Part shown: positions 26,120 to 39,085 of the stretch, in pieces
How the letters are laid out: each line of letters opens with the position of its first letter
How positions within the stretch are numbered: position 1 is the stretch's first letter
From: Octopus sinensis
Taxonomy: Eukaryota
Length of the DNA stretch: 64,000 nt
Direction of reading: 5' to 3'
NCBI RefSeq assembly: GCF_006345805.1
Contig: NC_042997.1
Coordinates: 121,830,001 to 121,894,000, forward strand
Translations under genes and position numbers: made by a program
The notes under the pieces: generated by a model
Databases searched by the model: none
Told to the model about the DNA's origin: nothing
Seen by the model: the letters and a program-made list of their open reading frames with translations, nothing else

Positions 26120-26124
<5 letters not shown>

Positions 26125-26169
<45 letters not shown>

Positions 26170-26179
26170 TGTATACATA

Positions 26180-26216
<37 letters not shown>

Positions 26217-26355
26217 TATATATATATTATAATTGTATACATAATTATAATATATATATATATATATATATATTATAATTGTATACATAATTATACTATA
26301 TATATATATATATATATTATAATTGTATACATAATTATAATATATATATATATAA
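26125..26355. repeat. Four copies of a 24-nt motif (ttataattgtatacataattataa) separated by (TA)n of variable length
   Basis: Copies at 26163, 26227, 26273 (variant) and 26317; the same motif occurs at 27780. Confidence 0.9.
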
Positions 26356-26634
26356 TTAATTAATAAGGGTGAGAGAATTAGATACTAATTTAATAGTATA
26401 TCTATTCTACACCAAGTGGCCTAGTGCTCCGAGAAACCTGGATTATTATAATATTTTATAATATATTATAATATTTTTACAAAATAAATATAAGAGAGTG
26501 GTCACTATATGGCTCACTCTAGCACCAGTTAATCCAAAAGGTTTCAACCACAAAATACATGTTTCCCATGAAAGTCAGTACGATTGTTAGCTCACACGGA
26601 CAGGGCAAATAAAAAATAACAAAAATACATATTA

Positions 26635-26716
26635 TTTTGGGACAATTGTTTCGCTATTAATGAATTAAATGTAATTTTACTTACAAAAAAATCCACTTGT
26701 AGCTCCTCAGCCAAAA
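26635..26716 (-). ncRNA. Minimal type I hammerhead ribozyme, canonical core
   Basis: Minus strand: ttttgg CTGAGGA gcta..tagc GAAAC aatt GTC ccaaaa; perfect stems I and II, palindromic ACAATTGT, GUC triplet. Confidence 0.88.
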
Positions 26717-27521
26717 CTATCTGGATGAAATCCACTCAATCACACGCCAGATTTTACCATAACGATAATACGCGTGTGGTTCAATTGATTACATCCGACG
26801 TTATAATTCAAATGCCCCAACTAACAGCGCGCCAAATTTTCACGGAAAACAAATACAGCATTTAGAAATAAATGCAGCATAATTATAATTAATTAATAAG
26901 GGTGAGAGAATTAGATACTAATTTAATAGTATATCTATTCTACACCAAGTGGCCTAGTGCTCCGAGAAACCTGGATTATTATAATATTTTATAATATATT
27001 ATAATATTTTTACAAAATAAAAGTAAAATTACATTTAATTCATTAATAGCGAAACAATTGTCCCAAAATAATATGTATTTTTGTTATTTTTTATTTGCCC
27101 TGTCCGTGTGAGCTAACAATCGTACTGACTTTCATGGGAAACATGTATTTTTGTGGTTGAAACCTTTTGGATTAACTGGTGCTAGAGTGAGCCATATAGT
27201 GACCACTCTCTTATATTTATTTTGTAAAAATATTATAATATATTATAAAACATTATAATAATCCAGGTTTCTCGGAGCACTAGGCCACTTGGTGTAGAAT
27301 AGATATACTATTAAATTAGTATCTAATTCTCTCACCCTTATTAATTAATTATAATTATGCTGCATTTATTTCTAAATGCTGTATTTGTTTTCCGTGAAAA
27401 TTTGGCGCGCTGTTAGTTGGGGCATTTGAATTATAACGTCGGATATAATCAATTGAACCACACGCGTATTTATCGTTATGGTAAAATCTGGCGTGTGATT
27501 GAGTGGATTTCATCCAGATAG

Positions 27522-27603
27522 TTTTGGCTGAGGAGCTACAAGTGGATTTTTTTGTAAGTAAAATTACATTTAATTCATTAATAGCGAAACAATTGTCCCA
27601 AAA
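27522..27603 (+). ncRNA. Minimal type I hammerhead ribozyme, canonical core
   Basis: ttttgg CTGAGGA gcta..tagc GAAAC aatt GTC ccaaaa; predicted cleavage after C27597. A 3' half copy sits at 27021-27068. Confidence 0.88.
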
Positions 27604-27779
27604 TAATATGTATTTTTGTTATTTTTTATTTGCCCTGTCCGTGTGAGCTAACAATCGTACTGACTTTCATGGGAAACATGTATTTTTGTGGTTGAAAATT
27701 TTTGGATTAACTGGTGCTAGAGTGAGCCATATAGTGACCACTCTCTTATATTTATTTTATATATATATATATATATATA

Positions 27780-28044
27780 TTATAATTGTATACATAATTA
27801 TAACAAGGGCTTGGCTTGCGCCTCACCACGCACTGAAAAATAGACGACAAAAGATACTATTGCCACCGTAAATTATCCGAGAAAAACACAATATATATAG
27901 GCTAGTAGAACAAAGAAAATTAATTAAAAATTTGCTTGTAATTCGGGAGGATTTATTGGTGGCAATAGTGTTTTTGACGTCCATTTTTGAATGCGTGTTG
28001 AGGCGCAAACCAAGCCCTTGTTATAATTATGTATTTAATTATAA
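27780..28044. mobile_element. Palindromic MITE-like element, about 265 bp
   Basis: Imperfect TIRs of about 90 bp: ttataattgtatacataattataacaagggcttggcttgcgcctc.. versus ..gaggcgcaaaccaagcccttgttataattatgtatttaattataa; TA context; no ORF. Confidence 0.7.
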
Positions 28045-28121
28045 AATATTTCTAAAAAATTTCCCTATGAAGTTCTATTTCCCCCGCTGACCACTTGGTA
28101 GAAATCATTTATGATTTTACC

Positions 28122-28201
<80 letters not shown>

Positions 28202-28374
28202 TACCAGAAGCTTAAAGCTGATGAACAAAGCTATGTTTAAGCTCTATTTTTTTGTATTTGTTTATGTTATATTCTTATACTTATAACGAATCTCCTCAAA
28301 TATTATTTTCATATTCTTATTACCTGCTTCGGTTGTTCATCATGAATATGATGGGATCCCTATATATATATATA

Positions 28375-28649
28375 TATAATTTTAAGTTAGCACAATGCAT
28401 GAGGATACGGAAACACCGTCGACCTATTTAGAAATAGAAACTAAATTCCTAATTCAACCGCTAGAAAGCACCAAATAAAAGAAAAACAACAGTAAGCGAG
28501 GGAACGTATAAAGAATTTCCTCGCCTGCTGTTGTTTTTTTCTGTTATGTGGTGCTTTCTGGCGATTGAATTAGGATATTAGCTTCTATTTCTAAATCGGT
28601 CGATGCTGTTTCCGTCTCCTCATGCCATGTGCGAACTTTAAATTTTATA
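28375..28649. mobile_element. Palindromic MITE-like (foldback) element, about 275 bp
   Basis: Imperfect arms of about 125 bp (aattttaagttagcac..gcgaggga / tcctcgc..gtgcgaactttaaatttt) around a centre of about 15 nt; TA flanks. Confidence 0.72.
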
Positions 28650-29513
28650 GCTATATAATACCATTTGACCTGTTGATGCGCGGTGTTACAGCTGTTAATA
28701 TTATTTAAATTATTCAGCGCAGACGATATTACGAGTGGAGATAGCTTATTTCGTGTGTGAACACTCGAACGCTTTTGCTTATATATATATATACATCTTC
28801 CTGACTAACCACAGAATATTAGAAACTATTTTAGCTTCTAATTTTCAATTTTCATTTCCTGATTTTCTACGTTGTATTTTTAACATTTATAAGATAGACA
28901 TACAAATCGAAACCCGTAATATTCTATAAAAGTCACTTAATGCAACAAATGTAAAAATGTTTATACTGTCTGATCAAGGAAAAGGGTAAAAAAATCTTTA
29001 CACATACTTTCGCGCAGTTTCCACTTTTAATTTTACGTATAATCATTGATTTGCATGTATTCTTAACAGACACACACACATACACACAGACACACAGACA
29101 CGCACAAAGTGTGCTTTCTTATTATTTTGTTATTTTAATATTCAATCCTTAATATTTTTATATTTCGTTTTTGCATTTGGCTTCCAAGAGTCTTTATGTG
29201 AATTCGTGTGTTGAAGCATAATTTATTTTGTCTGGGGAGAGTAATTCTCTTTTAGTGCCTTATTATTTAACATACTCACCGGTTCGAATTCCACTCATTT
29301 ACTTATGAGTATGAGATAAATGTAAAAAAAAAAAACGTTTTACATACCGTAGTCCAATTTCCCTCTGCCACCGGGCACCTTACCCGGTCCACTTCCTCAG
29401 AGATTCGTAGAAAATGTTGTAATTGTGGATTATCTGGGTCAAGTAGTTGAAAACCTGTTAAGTTTACACCGCCGTATTTCAGCCTCTCAAGTGGAAGATT
29501 AATGAATCCCTGA

Positions 29514-29572
<59 letters not shown>

Positions 29573-29580
29573 TAATAATG
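29514..29580. repeat. (AAT)n microsatellite
   Basis: Directly visible. Confidence 0.95.
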
Positions 29581-29629
29581 AGAAGAAAAAGAAGAAACTG
29601 CTACATTGGAAACTATTCGAAAAGTTTCT

Positions 29630-30160
29630 TATGTGGGCTAGAGTAAGGCAAGACGTGGTATGAGCACAAACTGCAGAGAGTGGCAGAGTCGAAGACTAGC
29701 AAAACCCTCTGGGATTTCACAATGAAAACGGATCAGTTGCTAGAACATAACAGACCAGATCAAGTGGTGGTGGACAAGATGCATCACATACGCTACATAG
29801 TTGATGTTGCCTGCCTCTTTGACCCGCGAATTGTCAAGAAGGAAGGTGAAAAGATAAATAAATACAACCGTCTTAAGTACGAAAGAGCCCGCCTATGGAA
29901 ATGGAAAATGTGAAGATGGTGCCAATTAATTTTCGGGTCCTTGAGAACAGTATCAGAAGGCGTCGAGGGAATATAAAGGAAACTAGAATAAAGTGCCCAG
30001 CAGAACTGTTACAAAAGGTTTGCCTCCTTGACATGACCAGAATAATCAGGTAAGTATTAGATATCTGGAAGGAATGGATAGCATGGTACTGTAGGTAGCA
30101 GGTAAGAAGCCCGCTACTCATGTAAGTCTCCAGAGCTCTAACAAAACCTGGGATAAAGAG
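29630..30160 (+). mobile_element. R4/Dong-like non-LTR retrotransposon, 3' fragment (restriction-like endonuclease domain)
   Basis: LWDFTMKTDQLLEHNRPDQVVVDK..VDVACLFDPRIVKKEGEKINKY is the PD..D..K REL motif. It continues into LLQKVCLL..RIIR and lies just 3' of an (AAT)n tract at 29514-29580. Confidence 0.85.
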
Positions 30161-30169
30161 AAATGATAA

Positions 30170-30935
30170 CAAGAAAAACAAATGACAGGATTTAGGATGT
30201 ACCAAGCAATATCTGACATAGAAAATTTATATACACAACGTATTGAATGTGACAGAGGCCTTATAAGGCTAGAAAACTATTACAAAATAAACACCATAGG
30301 ACTACAGACATGCCTACTTCAGAAGCAAGGAAGACTAATACAAATAGCCACAAAGCACGAACGAAATAAAAGACTGTTTTCTGTCTTTAAAGAATCTGGC
30401 CAATACAAAAATGAAGTCATAGTACCTAACAACTATGAAGAAAGAGAAGAAACAACAAAAGCTGTAAAACATCTGAAATCCAGGCTAAAACTGGAACAGG
30501 AACATATGCTAGAACGATGTCAAATACTGAGTTAACCTAAATAGAAAAGAAATAGACAAAGCAAAATCCCGACAATAGCTGAGACGCTCATAATTCAAAG
30601 TAGAGACTGAAGGATTTTTAATTGCAGCACATGAGCAAAGCCTTCCCAACAGAAATTATCAAAAAAACACGCAATGAAAAGAAATACAAATAACTGCAGA
30701 ATATGTGGTGATGGAGAAGAAGCGTAGGGCTCAATCCAATTAAAACTTCAAGACTTCTTAACCACTAAAAATCCCATGCAAGTTTGGTGTCTTGCAAAAA
30801 GCAGCGTTATTGGGCACAACGCACATCTTAAGCAAAGGATTATCTTTCTGAGGACTTTGTTGTGACTTGACTGATCTCTAAAGACTTCAGTGCATTTTTA
30901 CCTACACTATGTTATGAAGGAATAATAATAATAAA
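30170..30935 (+). mobile_element. R4/Dong-like LINE fragment (thumb, zinc knuckle start, deleted middle, 3' end with (AAT)n tail)
   Basis: MTGFRMYQAISDIENLYTQRIECDRGLIRLENYY resembles the R4 thumb (DRLYxxRxxGGRGL). Further on are ETEGFLIAAHEQSL, CRICGDGEE and LQKAALLGTTHIL, then aataataataat at about 30921-30932. Confidence 0.82.
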
Positions 30936-30936
30936 A

Positions 30937-31290
30937 ATCGAAAGACTAAGAACACGATACTGGCAGCACGAAACCAAGCTTTGGCCAGAAGGTGGAGGGT
31001 TAGCCTTAGGAATGAGCATCTGCACAGAGTAGAAGAAATAATTGCCCATATCGTGGACTTGCTGCAAAACTTTACAACTTGTGGCGACACAATGAACTAG
31101 CACAAGTGTTGAATTGAAAACTCTGCGAAAAGTGGGGTCTGGAGAGAAGGAATACGTTGTATGTGTACAAACCAACGAGAGTGGTAGAGTCGGAAACCTG
31201 CAAAGTCCTGTGCGATTTCCCAGTCCAAACAGATTAAATGCTAGAGCATAACAAACCGGACTTAGTGGTGGCGAACACGGTGCCCCACAT
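30937..31290 (+). mobile_element. R4/Dong-like LINE fragment (CCHC region into start of REL domain)
   Basis: Broken frames give ILAARNQAL, EEIIAHIV, RHNELAQV, LCEKWGL, VVESETCKVLCDFPVQTD and EHNKPDLVV. Confidence 0.75.
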
Positions 31291-34200
31291 ATACTATATA
31301 ATTGATGATACAGAATCTCCACGTAGTCTCATTTGATCAATGGCTACGTAAATACTCTTCCTTAGAAATTATTTTTGCTAATATCTGAATCTCTTTTGAC
31401 ATAACTCGGAACATCAGAGTATGGTGAGACTTCTATGCGTGTGAAAATCTAACTAATATGAAATTGAGTCAAACATATATAAAACATACACACAGACACA
31501 CATATTCTTATATATTGTATAGATCATGGACTGATTTAAGTTTATTGCAGTATTTGTGATTTAACTCTGTATCATAGAAATAAATAATGTATCTCTCGAC
31601 TTAGATAATTGAGCAGTATTTTAATTAAAACATTTAAGTTGCTAAAATGAGGAAATTACAAAACACTTTCATGATCAATGGATATTTAGTGCTACAATCT
31701 AAAGTGTTCCTTAAATCAATGGTATACTTAGCCAGTCATTAGACATATTTTGTCTGCTGCTATGTAGTAGTGATTTTCCTACTAATCAATACAATACATA
31801 CAACTATATTAGTTCACTAATGTTACTGATTTTTGTTATCTCGTTCTGAAAATATTTCAGCAGAACGTTTAATTAGGTGTTATTTTAAAATCGGTACATT
31901 CAAATTTAATTGGAAGCAGAATCTAATGGAAAATACTAAAAGACAAGCGTAAATTAAGTCGGTTTAATGGATTTTAGATAGTGATTAACGTAGAAAGTTC
32001 CTGCTCAACTATAATTAACGCTCTTCTCGTCTAATATTTATTACACTACGATGAATATATAATGTGTCAAGAAAAGGCACATAGATATAGCTGGCATATT
32101 GGAAAATCTACTCACGAAATGCGAAACAGAATGTGAAAGTTAATAGAAGAAACTAAAATCTTCCAATTACCGTTTATTCTGTACTAGAAAATCTTTGTCT
32201 TAACATGATGAAGTGATTATTCAAATGATATTCTACTTGAAAATGAAGAATATTTAACTAATAATTGAATTCCTTCTGTCAACTACGTTTAGAATATAAT
32301 TTACATATAAACAGCCAGGTAAAAACCAGCTTGTTAATTTTTTACGATACCTGAAAAACAAAATATATACTTTAATAAGAAAACCATTGTATAACTTTTC
32401 AGACTTCGAAATTACAAAGTCTATCCAAAACAAAAAGATTGTGTTAGGCATACTACAGAATGCCAAGTATACAATGCTGAATCAACATAATTCAACAAAT
32501 ATTAAGTATTATATTCAGAGATAATTCATGAGTGTATAATATTCTAATGAATGTTACATGTATATTCTGTATGGGCATGACTTGGAACTGAATCCGATAC
32601 TGGGGCCTTGGATCGGGCGTTCAACTCTGATCCGGAGAAGTATCACGTCTTAGTGTTCCAGCTATCGGTTAACTAGCATGTAAAGTAGTGTGGGCTTCTG
32701 ACCTGAATGATGCAATCGCGAGATCACGGTTTCCATTCCCAGACCAACTGTGTGTTGTGTTCTCGACTTAGACACTTGATTTTAAGCTGGTTCAGTCAAC
32801 TCAGCTGTAAATAGGAAACCTTATGATCGATTCGAAATAAGACTGAAGTGATGGATCAAGAAAATAACCCGAATAGTTGAACAATGGCAAATATTATGCT
32901 TCTATTACGCAGCTTCTATTCCAAACCTAATGCAGAATACTATGACTAAAGTGAGAGGGAGAGAGGAGGAGGAGGAGGATTATCATCACTGCTAGATAGA
33001 ATGTAGTACAATTCAAAGCACACCTTTGGAATCACTGATTCAGCGACGATTATGGACCTCATAAGCCTCAGTGCACTTTATGAAATGAGGGAGATATACC
33101 TCGACGGTGAAGGAGGTTTATAAAGATGAATTAATGAAACAAGAAGGAAGACCGAACCAGACTAAATTTCCTTAATTACAAGAGATATATTATTATAGTT
33201 TACTCTTCATTAGAATACAAATTTATAAGTAATGAAGGCGAGTGAGCACATGCATTTACAAGCAAGCACCCTCGCCCACACACACACACACATATTGCAC
33301 CCAACTCATGATGGCTGAAATGTTATTGGTTTCATTCTTTCTTTTCCTCATCATCAGAAAATACAGACAGTCTTCCGGCAGACTCATGCACAAGGCATTT
33401 CTACCGAGGCTTTAATACAATTTCCCCAAGAAATTAAAAGTACGTGTTATTATACAATGGATATTTTTTTTCTTTGAGACTGTATTATGATTTAAGAAGG
33501 GTTTTACTACTTTGGAGGTCGAATAATAAAGCCCAGGTTTGTTCGTCAATTTTTGTTTCTGAGTGATAAAATAGTGCAACATCATTGTGACTGTGCATAA
33601 TCATACATTCCTAAAATTCTCAAGGAAATCTTACAGGTTTGGTATTCTCTTCAATAATATTCACTCGCCTCTACATATTTGCGGCAACCGGTATCATATC
33701 GAATGGAGAAAATAGCTAACTCAGTAATAGAAGAGAAGTTAGTCTTTCTTGATTGCATAATTTAAAAGGACTACAAATGTAAAGTGAATCTTGCTACTAA
33801 GTGGGTTCTCATGTTATCAATTTTACATCATTCTTTAGTAAGATTCTAAGATTACGTCCCGTTGTATTAGATAGTAAGAAAGTAAATTCCCTCCATCCAA
33901 ATTCTTGCTATATTAAACAATTCGGTTCACTTTGCTAATGCTATATCGTGGCGCCTAAATTACATAATCGAGAGAATACATTAACGAGAAAATTCCACAA
34001 GAAAATCCACCAAGTGTCATGTTCAACACCACATTCGATACATCTTCCTGTTTGAAGTAGAACCTTTACTAACACGATTTATAAGCAAGTATGATAGAGG
34101 ACTATACATAATTGGATTCAGCACATTCATCTATTTTACTCTCAGATCATTGACACAAAAGAAATTCATCTCCTAATCGTTGAATAATAAATTTGAAAAG

Positions 34201-34964
34201 AGACTGAGAACGATTCAATGAAGCAACCGAACTGAAATCCATGCTGCTGTACGAAATTTCCTATAACAAGCAGGAGTTGTTATTGGACAGGTTTGCAGTA
34301 GGTTGGTTTTTCTTCTATTATATATACGTCTTCATCTTTTGCGCTGCTTAATTTTACTTGCAGTAAAATTATCTTTAATAACATAATTCTGTGTAAAAGG
34401 TCAAGATTAATGTTTATGCAATAGCGTTGTAAAGGACCTCTTCTTCAATGGTTCAATAGGAAAAACCAGCCGTCCGCCTACTTCTGCATGAAAGCTTGTT
34501 ATTAAGTCAGCCAATGCAATTCATATACTTAGACCCAGTTATTCTATTACATGAAAACATGTCCAAAATGACAAGCTATATAAGAGAAGAAAAAAAATCT
34601 AAATCAGCGACAACTATATTGCTTCCTAATCGATTTCCGAATATGATCGATGCCAGTGAATATCCGCTAAAATTAAAATATATCGTCAGAGAATGCGTCT
34701 TTATTATATATTACTTTCATCTTTCGTTTAAGTTAGACATCGGTGCTGTGATATGCCACATAAATCCTATCATTTTACCATGTTCATATTGATGATGCTT
34801 CAGACGCATTCAATGAAGACATCTTCCTGGCGAGCAAAAGTGCGTCACTTGTCAAAGCGGTCGGACAATCCAAAACAATCTCTTCTATCTTAACGACTAT
34901 ATTAGCTTTTCTTGCCATGCGAAAAATATCGCAAACATATCACAACTACAGCCATGATGTCTCC

Positions 34965-34975
34965 TATTATTATTA

Positions 34976-35030
<55 letters not shown>
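34965..35030. repeat. (ATT)n microsatellite
   Basis: Directly visible. Confidence 0.95.
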
Positions 35031-35031
<1 letters not shown>

Positions 35032-35451
35032 GTGAGGGCAGTGCATACCATCAAAGTGACACTGGGTTATTATTATCACTATTATTGTTGTCGTTGTTGT
35101 TGCAGTTATTTAAGGCGCCAAGGTAGCAGATCCGTTCGTGCGTCGAACTAAATCTTTAGTAGCATGTCTTCTGCCTCTTTACATTGTGATTTCAAATCTT
35201 GCGAGGGGTCAACTTTATCTTTATAGAGCCAATTAAATAAAACACCATTCAAGCACCGGCGTCGATTCAGTAGGTTTTCTCTTGGTTTCAAAGTGTTGAC
35301 CTTCTACCCAAACTTGAATAAATTATTCTTTTAAAGCAGTGAAAAAGCACACACATACACACACACACATACACACACACACATACACACACACACATGT
35401 ATGTGTGTACGAATGTGTGTGTGTATATACATATGTCCATGTGCGGATGCC

Positions 35452-35529
<78 letters not shown>

Positions 35530-35741
35530 AGACAGAACAGTACAGTTTCTGCAGTATTTCTGGCATTTCTTTAGCATCGTGTTCGGGAGAGCCGTTATAA
35601 GAAGAGACCATGCCTATTTTCAGCATAGACATGTTCTCTTCCATGTCTTTAATTAGAATTGTATTTTATATTATTATAAATCTGTATATATATATATATA
35701 TATAATATATATATATATACACGTATATATTTTTGCTTGAA

Positions 35742-35776
<35 letters not shown>

Positions 35777-35989
35777 GTATACATACAAACATATATATAT
35801 TCAAATATATATACATAAATACATTTATATATTCAACATGTAAAACCCGTAATCCGGACACATTTTTCTCCATCTGATTTTTATCCTCACATCTTTCTGC
35901 AGAAGTACGTAGGCTCGAAACCTCAAAATAATTCACACTGTTATCCCTACGCCCATCTCCGTCTTTTGTCACTTGCATAATCCCGCACC

Positions 35990-36060
<71 letters not shown>

Positions 36061-36761
36061 GTGTGTGTGTGTGTGTGTGTGTGTGCATGTGTGTTATGTG
36101 TGTGTGTGTGCATGCTTTGGTGTAATTGTAATTGTAGCAAGTAATATTGAAGGATGCATCATTGATATATAAGTTTTACACAAATAATTATATAAATAAT
36201 GTTAATCATACAGTGTCAAAAGATCAGGCTCCGACATAATTATACATAGATATAATTACACAATGATTTAGAAGGGAAATAATTTCAGCGCTGCTATACC
36301 ATTAGAGTATGCGCGAGCATCATGGTACAAAATAGTAACGTTTCCCCATGTAAATAAAAGAGCTTCGTACAGAGAAATATGAGCAGTTAAGTGTGAAATT
36401 GGTTTCGTAATAGATAAAACAAAATGAAAGTTAATAAATAATCGGAGAAAAGAAATATTTCTTTGATCGATAATTGTTAATTAAACCGGCGTTAAGATAC
36501 AGTCTTTGTCTTTGAGAATGTAATTTTATACATTGAATTAAGTATCAATTAATGTTTTTCTAGCATGATTTTTCAATAAAGATTTTTTTTTCTTATTCTA
36601 ATACTTTGTTCGTTCGTGTGTTTTTCGTTATTTGATTCCAGACATGGAGTTCGTTATTCGTGCTTGTTTTCAGTTGTATTTGAAATATATAATATATTAT
36701 AATTCATATATTCGTATATAATTTCGTGTTAAAAACATTTTTTTATCTTTTCTTTTCTTTT

Positions 36762-37128
36762 ATTACTTTTAGTCATTTGACTGCGGCCATGCTGGAGCAC
36801 CGCCTTTAGTCGAAAAAAATCGACCCCAGGACTTATTCTTTGTAAACCTAGTAATTATTCTATCGGCCTCTCTTGCCGAACCACTAAGTGATGGGGACTT
36901 AACACATCATCATCAGTTGTCAAGCGATGTTGGGGGGACAATCACAGACACACAAACATATATATATATATATATATATATACGACGGGCTTCTTTCAGT
37001 TTCTGTTTACCAAATCCACTGAAAAGGCTTTGGTCAGCCCGAGGTTATAGTAGAAGACTCTTGCCCAAGGTGCCACGCAGTGAGACTGAACCCGGAACCA
37101 TGTGGTTGGTAAACAAGCAACTTACCAC
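36762..37128 (-). mobile_element. SINE family S1
   Basis: Both halves homologous to 1275-1711, with an internal (TA)n. Confidence 0.85.
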
Positions 37129-38644
37129 GTGCACACTCGCACGCACGCACACACACACGCGCACATATATGTATATATATACCTCATTCTATATTTGGTT
37201 TGGTGATACAAAAAGAAAAAATGGAATGTTTATGTGTGCGTGTGTGTGTTATTATTCTTCGATAGAAGTTAGAGTGACACAAGGTGATAGAATTTCGCGG
37301 TATATGTATATACACAAAAGTTATGTCGGAGATATCAAGCCTACTTAATTACAATTGATAAATTGCCTGCTTGTTTAGTACTTTCTTTTCCCTTTCATAT
37401 TAGTTGTATCCTGATCAGACGTAGGCTTTCCTGTCGTATCTCTTCAAGCTTTTGTTGGAAATAGGGTTTGTAAGACGAGAATAAAGGACACGCGAGATTT
37501 GGAGGCATTGTATGTTTGGTTTACTGACCATATAGAAGTTCTTTATTTGGTTCGTACGTATGGTATGTATATGTATCTATATCCATATGGGCTTATATGT
37601 GTGTGCGCGTCTATGTGTTTGTGAGTCTGTGTGCATCTGTGTGTATGCATATGTGTGCGTGCCTGTGTGTATGTGTGTGTGTGTATGTGTGTAACTATAC
37701 AAAAGTCTGCTTTGATTCTCATTAGATCTTCATATCTCTGTTAAACATATATGCCATAGGGTATATACCGAAATTTTTCGATGGTATTATTTCCACGTAC
37801 GAAATCTCACTTGGTGTTTACATGTTCCCTCACATATCGTTTCCACGATCCTACTAACGTATCCATACCGTTAAGAAAAGCAATGAAAGGACTAATACAT
37901 AGTCCAAGTATATCTGGTTCTTGAAAGACACGATATCCGTTACTTTTTTATAAGTCACTGCATATTTCCTCTTTCGCATCAACATATACCAGTACTAGCT
38001 TCCCTCCATAAGTTCGTTACCCGCTTTGATTTAATGAAGAAATTAGTAACCTTATTCCATGATTAAAGGGTTGAAATTCAAAACTATCGTGGAATCGTCA
38101 AATTTGATTACATGGTCTCTATAACCGAGCAAGAATTTAAGAGACTGCTCTGATACATTAGCTTTTACATCAATTAAGTGACCTCGGTTCCTTCTTCTTC
38201 GAATATTAGTAAACGCTGAAGCGATTCAAAAGATTCTCCGAACGCACAGACAAGATTAATGTATCTCAGGATTTAATACTTGCTCACCTACTCCTTTATT
38301 CTACAGATCTAATTCTACACTATCAACCCAAACGTAGACGAACCTCCAACAATGAGTTCTAGTATTTCTTATTCGAATTTTAAAAAATAGCCGATGTTTA
38401 TTTTATCTACGTGATGTTATTTATTTATACACAAACTAAGGCGTACTGAGGCTTTGCCAGTAAGAAACTAACCCAGGAATATTCACACGATCGAAAAGAC
38501 AAAACGAAGGAGCGTAACACGGGCTGCATTAAATACGATTCCAACTCTGTTACAAAATACATTGTATACTATATTAATAGTGAATGTTATATCCATGAAT
38601 ACACACTTATATACACACAAACATTTACAAACCCCGCCCAGTTC

Positions 38645-38657
38645 TCTCTCTCTCTGC

Positions 38658-38706
<49 letters not shown>

Positions 38707-38885
38707 CATACATATACATATATATACATACATAAATACACATACGTATAGAGACATATCTATATATATATATTCATACATATATATATGTATATTTTTA
38801 TATACATACATACATATATATATGTATATATATACATACATACATACATATACATGTATATATATATATATACATACATATATGT

Positions 38886-38925
<40 letters not shown>

Positions 38926-38974
38926 TACATATACATGTATATACACACATATATATAGAGAGAGACACACACAG

Positions 38975-39032
<58 letters not shown>

Positions 39033-39085
39033 TATATATACACACACACACACATACATACATACATACATACATACATACATTC
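38645..39085. repeat. Long compound (TA)/(CA)/(TACA) microsatellite region
   Basis: Directly visible; it is the source of several spurious YIYI ORFs. Confidence 0.95.

Larger units (their letters stand above)
25672..26124. mobile_element. Penelope-like terminal-repeat element as an inverted duplication (about 180-bp arms, 20-nt spacer), with an HHR in each arm
   Basis: Arms 25672-25851 and 25872-26051 are near-identical reverse complements. The right arm extends about 70 bp, and both ends abut (TA)n. Confidence 0.75.
26356..27768. mobile_element. About 533-bp HHR-bearing unit in partial tandem, joined head-to-head to its reverse complement (Penelope pLTR or retrozyme-like)
   Basis: taataagggtgag recurs at 26361 and 26894 (period 533). 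After the junction at 27020/27021 the same blocks appear inverted, with order A-B-C-A | B'-A'-C'-B'. Copies differ at only a few positions, and both ends are in (TA)n. Confidence 0.8.

Noticed and set aside
26125-26355. Repeat-spacer-like array of a 24-nt near-palindrome
   Set aside because: The spacers are only (TA)n, the context is eukaryotic and there are no cas genes; not CRISPR.
28395-28425. tgagga..gaaac in the arms of the 28.4-kb foldback element
   Set aside because: It lacks C3 and a stem II, so it is treated as coincidental.
34780-34920. Minus frame containing IVLDC, reminiscent of the GluA RVILDC motif
   Set aside because: The frame hits a stop within about 25 codons, there is no good donor or acceptor, and the flanking residues do not match.
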